64,000 nucleotides of DNA, taken from positions 6,912,001-6,976,000 of the forward strand of contig CAVTTN010000002.1 of assembly GCA_963737655.1 (NCBI GenBank). The letters run 5' to 3'. This document shows positions 58,594-64,000 of this stretch, piece after piece (within the stretch, counting starts at the first letter, position 1; every line of letters begins with the position of its first letter). A program made the translations under genes and the position numbers. Under the pieces are notes generated by a model. That model worked only from the letters and a program-made list of their open reading frames with translations. It made no database searches and had not been told where the DNA came from. Source of the stretch: an uncultured Planctomycetota bacterium. GTDB taxonomy: Bacteria > Planctomycetota > Planctomycetia > Isosphaerales > Isosphaeraceae.

Positions 58594-59808
58594 ATGCTTC
58601 GCAAGCTGCTCTTCGTGTTGGGATGTTCCCTCGCCCTGGCCTCGGGACCGGCCCTCCGGTCTCGGGGCCAGGAACCCGCCCCGGCGAAGCCGGAGGCCGG
58701 GCCCGAGGCCGACCGCGAGGTGAATCTCCACCCCGGCCCCCCCGAGCCCATCGACCCCCAGCAGATCGATTCGGCGATCCGCGAGGGCCGCAACTTCCTG
58801 CTGAAGGACCAGAACGAGGACGGCTCCTGGGGCTCGCCCGAGAAGACCAAGAACCTCAACATCATGGCCGGAATCGGCTCGCACCACGCCTTCCGCGTCG
58901 CCGTGACCTCGCTCTGCGTGGCCGCCCTGATCGAGACCGACGACGGCTCCGACGGCGTCCGCAAGGCCATCGAGCGGGGCGAAGCCTTCCTGATGAAGGA
59001 GCTGCCCAACGTCCGTCGCGACGACCCCATGCTCATCTACAACGTCTGGGCCCACGCCTACGGCATCGACGTCCTCACCTTGATGCACCGGCGCAAGCCC
59101 GACGACGCCGACCGCAAGGCGAAGATCGAGGCCGAGATCCGCCAGCAGTACGACCGGCTCACCCGGTACGAGTCGGTCGAGGGGGGCTGGGGCTACTACG
59201 ACTTCAAGGCCGGCACCCAGAGGCCCGCCACCGACTCCACCAGCTTCGTCAACGCCGCCGTCCTCGTCGCCTTCCACCAGGCCAAGGGGATCGGCGTCCC
59301 GCCTCCCGAAAAGATCACCAGGCGCGCCATCGAGATCACCCAGGAGCAGAGGCTCCCGGATTTCAGCTATCTTTATGGCACTTACCTCAAATTCAGGCCG
59401 AGGATGGGCATCAATCGCCCCGGAGGCAGCCTCGGCCGGTCCCAGGCGTGCAACCTCGCGCTCCGGCTCTGGGGCGACGAGAAGGTCACGCTCGACGTCA
59501 TGAAGGAGTGGCTCGACCGCCTGATCTCCCGCAACGGCTGGCTGGACATCGGCCGGAAGAGGCCGATCCCCCACGAGTCCTACTTCCAGGTCGCCGGCTA
59601 TTTCTACTACTTCGGCCACTACTACGCGGCCCTGTGCATCGAGCAGCTCGACGCCCAGGACCGGCCCTTCTACAAGGACCACCTCGCCAAGATCCTCCTC
59701 AAGGTGCAGGAGCGAGACGGCTCGTGGTGGGACTACCCGCTCTACAACTATCACCAGCAATACGGGACCGCCTTCGCAATCCGGTCGCTGAAGCACTGCA
59801 AGAAGTAG
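58594..59808 (+). CDS. Exported prenyltransferase/squalene-oxidase repeat (alpha-alpha toroid) protein
   Basis: Signal peptide and QW-like repeats FLLKDQNEDGSW, GGWGY, LLKVQERDGSW. Confidence 0.8.
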   Translation: MLRKLLFVLGCSLALASGPALRSRGQEPAPAKPEAGPEADREVNLHPGPPEPIDPQQIDSAIREGRNFLLKDQNEDGSWGSPEKTKNLNIMAGIGSHHAFRVAVTSLCVAALIETDDGSDGVRKAIERGEAFLMKELPNVRRDDPMLIYNVWAHAYGIDVLTLMHRRKPDDADRKAKIEAEIRQQYDRLTRYESVEGGWGYYDFKAGTQRPATDSTSFVNAAVLVAFHQAKGIGVPPPEKITRRAIEITQEQRLPDFSYLYGTYLKFRPRMGINRPGGSLGRSQACNLALRLWGDEKVTLDVMKEWLDRLISRNGWLDIGRKRPIPHESYFQVAGYFYYFGHYYAALCIEQLDAQDRPFYKDHLAKILLKVQERDGSWWDYPLYNYHQQYGTAFAIRSLKHCKK

Positions 59809-59955
59809 GGTGCATGAAATGCACCAACACCGCGGCCGGAGGCCGCCATCCTTTGGCCGCCATCCTCGACGATCGAGAATCGCGGACAGGACGGGGACAG
59901 GCTCCCCGTCCTGTCCGCGATCCTGGGTGGGCCTGGTGCATTTCGTGCACCCTAC
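59805..59955. repeat. GTAG-family REP doublet (REPIN-like) with an internal 19-bp-stem hairpin
   Basis: GTAGGGTGCATGAAATGCACC (59805-59825) and inverted GGTGCATTTCGTGCACCCTAC (59935-59955). Hairpin ATCGCGGACAGGACGGGGA-caggc-TCCCCGTCCTGTCCGCGAT at 59879-59921. Confidence 0.85.
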
Positions 59956-59965
59956 ATTTGTGGAT

Positions 59966-60322
59966 TCAACGGTCGGACCTCGCGAGGCGGAGCCCTTCGA
60001 CCTCGCGGAGTTCCTCCAGATAGCGGTGTGCCCGCCGCCTCAGGCGGAAGTAGCCGGTCCACGCGGCGATCAGGATCGGGCCGGGCAGGACGGCCGCGAC
60101 CACCAGGCCGTACAGCGGCTTGCCGAACGCCGAGAACAGGGCGACGAACAGCAGGGCGATCCCCCCGCCCACGGCCGTCATCACCCACGTCATGGCCCGG
60201 AACCGCGAGAGTTGCTCCTCGACCGGGCCGTCTCCCGGCCTGATCCGCCCGAGCTTCCGCCGCCATCTCCGCTCGCGGTCGGGCCAGGAAGCGAGGCGAT
60301 CGATCCCGTTGATTTCGGTCAT
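59966..60322 (-). CDS. Small two-TM membrane protein
   Basis: 118 aa with two hydrophobic helices flanked by basic segments. Confidence 0.7.
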   Translation of the reverse strand: MTEINGIDRLASWPDRERRWRRKLGRIRPGDGPVEEQLSRFRAMTWVMTAVGGGIALLFVALFSAFGKPLYGLVVAAVLPGPILIAAWTGYFRLRRRAHRYLEELREVEGLRLARSDR

Positions 60323-60339
60323 GGAACGATGTGCTCGAA

Positions 60340-61188
60340 TCAGAATAAAGTGGTCCGACGTTCCGGCGGGGGCGTCGGCTCGGGCAGGCCGAGCCGCCCT
60401 CGCAGCCCCTTCAGCGTGTCGGGCGAATATCCCGCGAAATGATTGGCCGCGAAGACGGCCACCGGCACCCTCTCGGCCATCGACCGCACCACGACGGCCG
60501 CCTCATCCAGCTCGGCCGAGCGGTCGACCACCGTGCGATCCCACGTCTGCGTGAGCTTCTCGATCCCCTCGCGGTCGCCGATCAGCCGGACCATCGCCAG
60601 GGGCCCGGTCACCGGGTCGAGCGTCCCGGCGATCGTCGAGGGGGACGGCATCCACTTCTGTTCGGTCAACACGAACGCCGAGTCGTGGGCCTTCAGGACC
60701 GCCAGCAACGCCTCGCCCACCCATCGCGGGTTGCGGATTTCCACGGCCAGGCGGACCCGCTCATGAGGCCACTCGGCGAGGAACGCCCCGAGCGTCTCCA
60801 GGAACGCCCCGAGCGAGCCGAACGCCTTCTGGTTGAAATAGCCCATCTGCAACAAGGCGCAAAACACCTTGTTTCCCAAAGGTTCGATCGACGAGACGAA
60901 CCCCGCGACCTCCTCCGAACACTGCTTCAACGCTTTCTCATGAGTGATGACCTTCGGGACCTTCAGCACGAACCGGAACCCCTCGGGCGTGCGGTCGCGC
61001 CAGCCCCGGACCATCCTCGGCGTCGGCGGCCGATAGAAGGTGCTGTCCACCTCCACGATCGAGAACCTGCCCGAGTAGTACTCCAGGAAGTCGCCCGCGT
61101 CCATGCCGTCGGGATAGAACGGGCCGACCCAGTCCGGATAGCTCCACCCGCTGGAGCCGAGCAAGATGGGGTGCGTCGAGCGAGCCAT
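60340..61188 (-). CDS. DUF72 (YecE-like) domain protein
   Basis: LGSSGWSYPDWVGPFYP, VEVDSTFYRPP, FVLKVPKVITH, AVEIRN and FAANHFAG. Confidence 0.92.
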   Translation of the reverse strand: MARSTHPILLGSSGWSYPDWVGPFYPDGMDAGDFLEYYSGRFSIVEVDSTFYRPPTPRMVRGWRDRTPEGFRFVLKVPKVITHEKALKQCSEEVAGFVSSIEPLGNKVFCALLQMGYFNQKAFGSLGAFLETLGAFLAEWPHERVRLAVEIRNPRWVGEALLAVLKAHDSAFVLTEQKWMPSPSTIAGTLDPVTGPLAMVRLIGDREGIEKLTQTWDRTVVDRSAELDEAAVVVRSMAERVPVAVFAANHFAGYSPDTLKGLRGRLGLPEPTPPPERRTTLF

Positions 61189-61932
61189 GAAGGTATTCTA
61201 GGCGGAGAGGGAAGCCCGGGGAATGACCGGACCGGTTCCGAAGATGGATTGCATGTGCAATTTTCTTGAAGACTTGATAAATATCTGTATTTCGTAATGA
61301 ATCTACAGGCATTCGTTGGTTGAACCGGAAAACCGACCGGCGGCTCACGCCCCCGACCGTCCCCGAAGGGCCCCCGCACCCCGGGCGGCGTCTCGCCCCG
61401 GGAGTTTGGGGCGGCGATGACGATTGCAGGACCGGGTTGGTCCGCGACGAGTTTGCGGATGATTCGAGAGGCATACTGATCCGTAGGAACCTGCACATGG
61501 ACCAGAGAAAGACACCCCGATCGATCGATGGGACGAAACACGACAACACTTTTCCGTCAAAAACGCCGAAACTGGCGGAAAACCCAGGGTTTGGTGCGCG
61601 CAACGACTCGTGCGCACCGAGCATTGCCCATAAATGCAGATTTTGACGAACGTGACGCAAATCCTGGATCGATCAGGGAGTTGGAGCGATCGGTCTCCGC
61701 GAGGTTCGGACCCGAAATCGCCCAATACGGCCCACATTTCGGCCCGTCGCCTCGGCCCGGAATTGACGGCCCGTTGTCACGGCTTTCGCCCAGGCTTCCC
61801 GGCGTCCGCCAATTTCTTGCGATCGCGCGACGACCCGCTCGCGATCCTAGCGTCGTGACCAGTCGGGGAACGGTTCCCCATCGGCCCAAATAAGCTTAAT
61901 CGATCGGATGTCCCGGCATGGGTCCGCGTGCC

Positions 61933-64000
61933 CTACTCCACCAGCCCCTTGAGTCGGCGGATGAGGTCCAGGGCGGCCTCGGGCGAAAGCGCGTTCGCAT
62001 CGACCCGGCCGAGCTCCTCGACCAGGGGCTCGGGCATCGCGGCGAAGAGGGAATGCTGCAAGGCCCGGCCGGTCTTGACCTTACGGATCGGCCCGGCGGC
62101 CGTCGCCCCCGGCACGTGCTGGGCCTCCAGGAACGCGAGGATCTCCCGGGCGCGGGCGAGGACCGGGTCGGGCACCCCCGCGAGCCTCGCCACGTGGATC
62201 CCGTAGCTCTGGTCGGCGCCCCCGGGGACGATCCGGTGGAGGAACACGATCTCGCCGCCGCTCTCGCGGACCGCCACGTTGGCGTTGCGAATCCTCGGCC
62301 TCGTTTTCTCCAGATCTACAAGCTCATGATAATGCGTGGCGAACAGGGTCCGGCAGCCGACGACGTCGTGGAGGTGCTCCGTGATCGCCCAGGCCAGGCT
62401 CACCCCGTCGAACGTGCTGGTCCCTCGTCCCACCTCGTCCAAAATGACGAGGCTGCTTGGAGTTGCGTTGTGGAGGATGTTGGCGGTCTCGGTCATCTCG
62501 ACCATGAACGTGCTCATGCCTCGACCGATCTCGTCGGTCGCGCCGACCCGGGCGAAGAGGCGATCGACGACCCCGATCCTCGCCCTCTTCGCCGGGACGA
62601 ACGAGCCGATTTGCCCGAGGATCGCCGTGAGCGCCACCTGGCGGATATACGTGCTCTTGCCGGCCATGTTCGGGCCGGTGAGGATCAGGACCGTTCCCGA
62701 ATCCGGGCCCAGACTTAAGTCATTCGGGACGAATTGCCCCTGCGGCAGGGAGGCGTCCAGGACCGGGTGCCGGCCCTGGACGATCTCGAACACGGGCTCG
62801 GCCGCCATCTCCGGCCGGCAGTATCCGGGCGAGATCGCCAGCTCGGCCAGCCCCGCGAGCACGTCCAGGGTCGCCAGGACGCCGCCGGCCTGGACCAGCC
62901 TCGGCGACTCGGCCGAGACTCGGTCGCGAAGGGTCGAAAACAGCTCGAATTCCAGCTCGCAGGCACGGTCCTCGGCGCGTAAGACCTTGTCCTCATACTC
63001 CTTGAGTTCCGGAGTGATGTACCGTTCGGCGTTCTTGACCGTCTGCTTGCGGATGTAGTCGCCCGGGACCTTCGCGCCGTGGACGTTGGTGATCTCGATG
63101 TAATAGCCGAAGACCTTATTAAAACCCACTTTAAGGCTGTGGATGCCGGTCCGGCGGACCTGCTCGGCCTGGAACCGGGCGATCCAGGTCTTGCCTCCCT
63201 TGGCGATTTCGCGGAGCTCGTCCAGCCCGGGGTGGTAGCCGTCGCGGATCAGCCCGCCCTCCTTCAGGGCGAGCGGCGGGTCGTCCACCAGCGCCGACCC
63301 GATCGCCGAGCGGACCTCGGGCAGGAGTTCCAGGCGGTTTTCCAGATCGTTCAGGAGGGTCGACGACCGGGCCGTGATCCGGGCCTTGATCCTCGGCAAG
63401 ATGGCGAGGGTTCGGCCCAGGGCGACGAGGTCCCGGGGCGAGGCGCGGCCCGTGCCGATCCGGGAGGCGAGCCTCTCCAGGTCCGACGCACCCTCCAGAG
63501 CGTGCCGAAGATCGGACCGAAGCCCTGAATCGGAAACCATTTCCGACACGGCCGCCTGGCGGTCGCGGATCGCGTCGAGGGCCGTCAGCGGGGAGGTCAG
63601 CCAGCGGGCCAGGAGCCGGGCGCCCATCGCGGTGCGCGTGCGGTCGATGGCGTGGAGCAAGCTCCCTTCGCGGTGGGAGTCGCGGAGGGTCCGGGTGAGT
63701 TCCAGGCTCCTCCGGGTCATCTCGTCGAGGGCCATCGATTGGCCGCGACGGTGGGGGACGAGCCGGGTGATGTGGCCGAGGGCCGACTTCTGGGTCTCGC
63801 GAAGATAGGCAATCAGGGCGCCGGCGGCGGCGACCTCCACCGCGTCATCCTGGATCCCGAACCCGCCGAGCGTGGTTGTGCCAAACTGGGCAAACAGGGC
63901 GGATCGGGCCTGATCGGGCTGAAAATCCCAGGACGGACGGCTCGTGATGGCCGCCCGGGTCTGCCCTCGGAGGCTACGGACCCACGGGGAATCGAGCGAT
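61933..64000 (-). CDS. mutS: DNA mismatch repair protein MutS (5' part outside the window)
   Basis: TRTAMGARLL, FNKVFGYYIE, RKQTVKNAERY, TGPNMAGKSTY, STFMVEM, LDEVGRGTST, FATHYHEL and SYGIHVA. The frame is open to the window end. Confidence 0.97.
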   Translation of the reverse strand, partial: SLDSPWVRSLRGQTRAAITSRPSWDFQPDQARSALFAQFGTTTLGGFGIQDDAVEVAAAGALIAYLRETQKSALGHITRLVPHRRGQSMALDEMTRRSLELTRTLRDSHREGSLLHAIDRTRTAMGARLLARWLTSPLTALDAIRDRQAAVSEMVSDSGLRSDLRHALEGASDLERLASRIGTGRASPRDLVALGRTLAILPRIKARITARSSTLLNDLENRLELLPEVRSAIGSALVDDPPLALKEGGLIRDGYHPGLDELREIAKGGKTWIARFQAEQVRRTGIHSLKVGFNKVFGYYIEITNVHGAKVPGDYIRKQTVKNAERYITPELKEYEDKVLRAEDRACELEFELFSTLRDRVSAESPRLVQAGGVLATLDVLAGLAELAISPGYCRPEMAAEPVFEIVQGRHPVLDASLPQGQFVPNDLSLGPDSGTVLILTGPNMAGKSTYIRQVALTAILGQIGSFVPAKRARIGVVDRLFARVGATDEIGRGMSTFMVEMTETANILHNATPSSLVILDEVGRGTSTFDGVSLAWAITEHLHDVVGCRTLFATHYHELVDLEKTRPRIRNANVAVRESGGEIVFLHRIVPGGADQSYGIHVARLAGVPDPVLARAREILAFLEAQHVPGATAAGPIRKVKTGRALQHSLFAAMPEPLVEELGRVDANALSPEAALDLIRRLKGLVE

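Overview
Very GC-rich bacterial chromosomal DNA, most likely from a planctomycete (Isosphaeraceae-like). The evidence is a DUF1501 plus PSD1/DUF1553 cytochrome c gene pair, planctomycete-type small proteins, and tRNAs without an encoded CCA. Left part: housekeeping genes addA/addB, uppP, pgsA-like, rimO and tRNA-Arg(UCG). Just after the tRNA is a ~27 kb accessory locus (11534-38322), the best candidate for an uncharacterised system. It encodes a TIR-pseudokinase, a Zn-ribbon/propeller protein, a membrane protein, a ~1190-aa tubulin/FtsZ-like GTPase, a Zn-ribbon-Hsp70-like ATPase with a GrpE-like partner, a secreted vWA protein, a single-pass receptor-like protein, a second degenerate Hsp70-like protein, a MotA/ExbB-like membrane protein, a Calx-beta-like protein, two exported Ppx/GppA-like ASKHA paralogues, and flanking GYF_2 and RDD membrane proteins. 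Right part: a bacteriophytochrome-response regulator-hybrid kinase operon, a GspE/PilB ATPase, tRNA-Leu(CAA), a glycosyltransferase/deacetylase cluster, DUF1501/PSD1, a membrane-fusion protein, a prenyltransferase-repeat protein, GTAG-type REP doublets, DUF72 and a partial mutS. Eight otherwise intact genes carry -1/-2 frameshifts in short G/C runs, which look like long-read consensus errors. All family calls come from motif recognition by eye; no searches were run.
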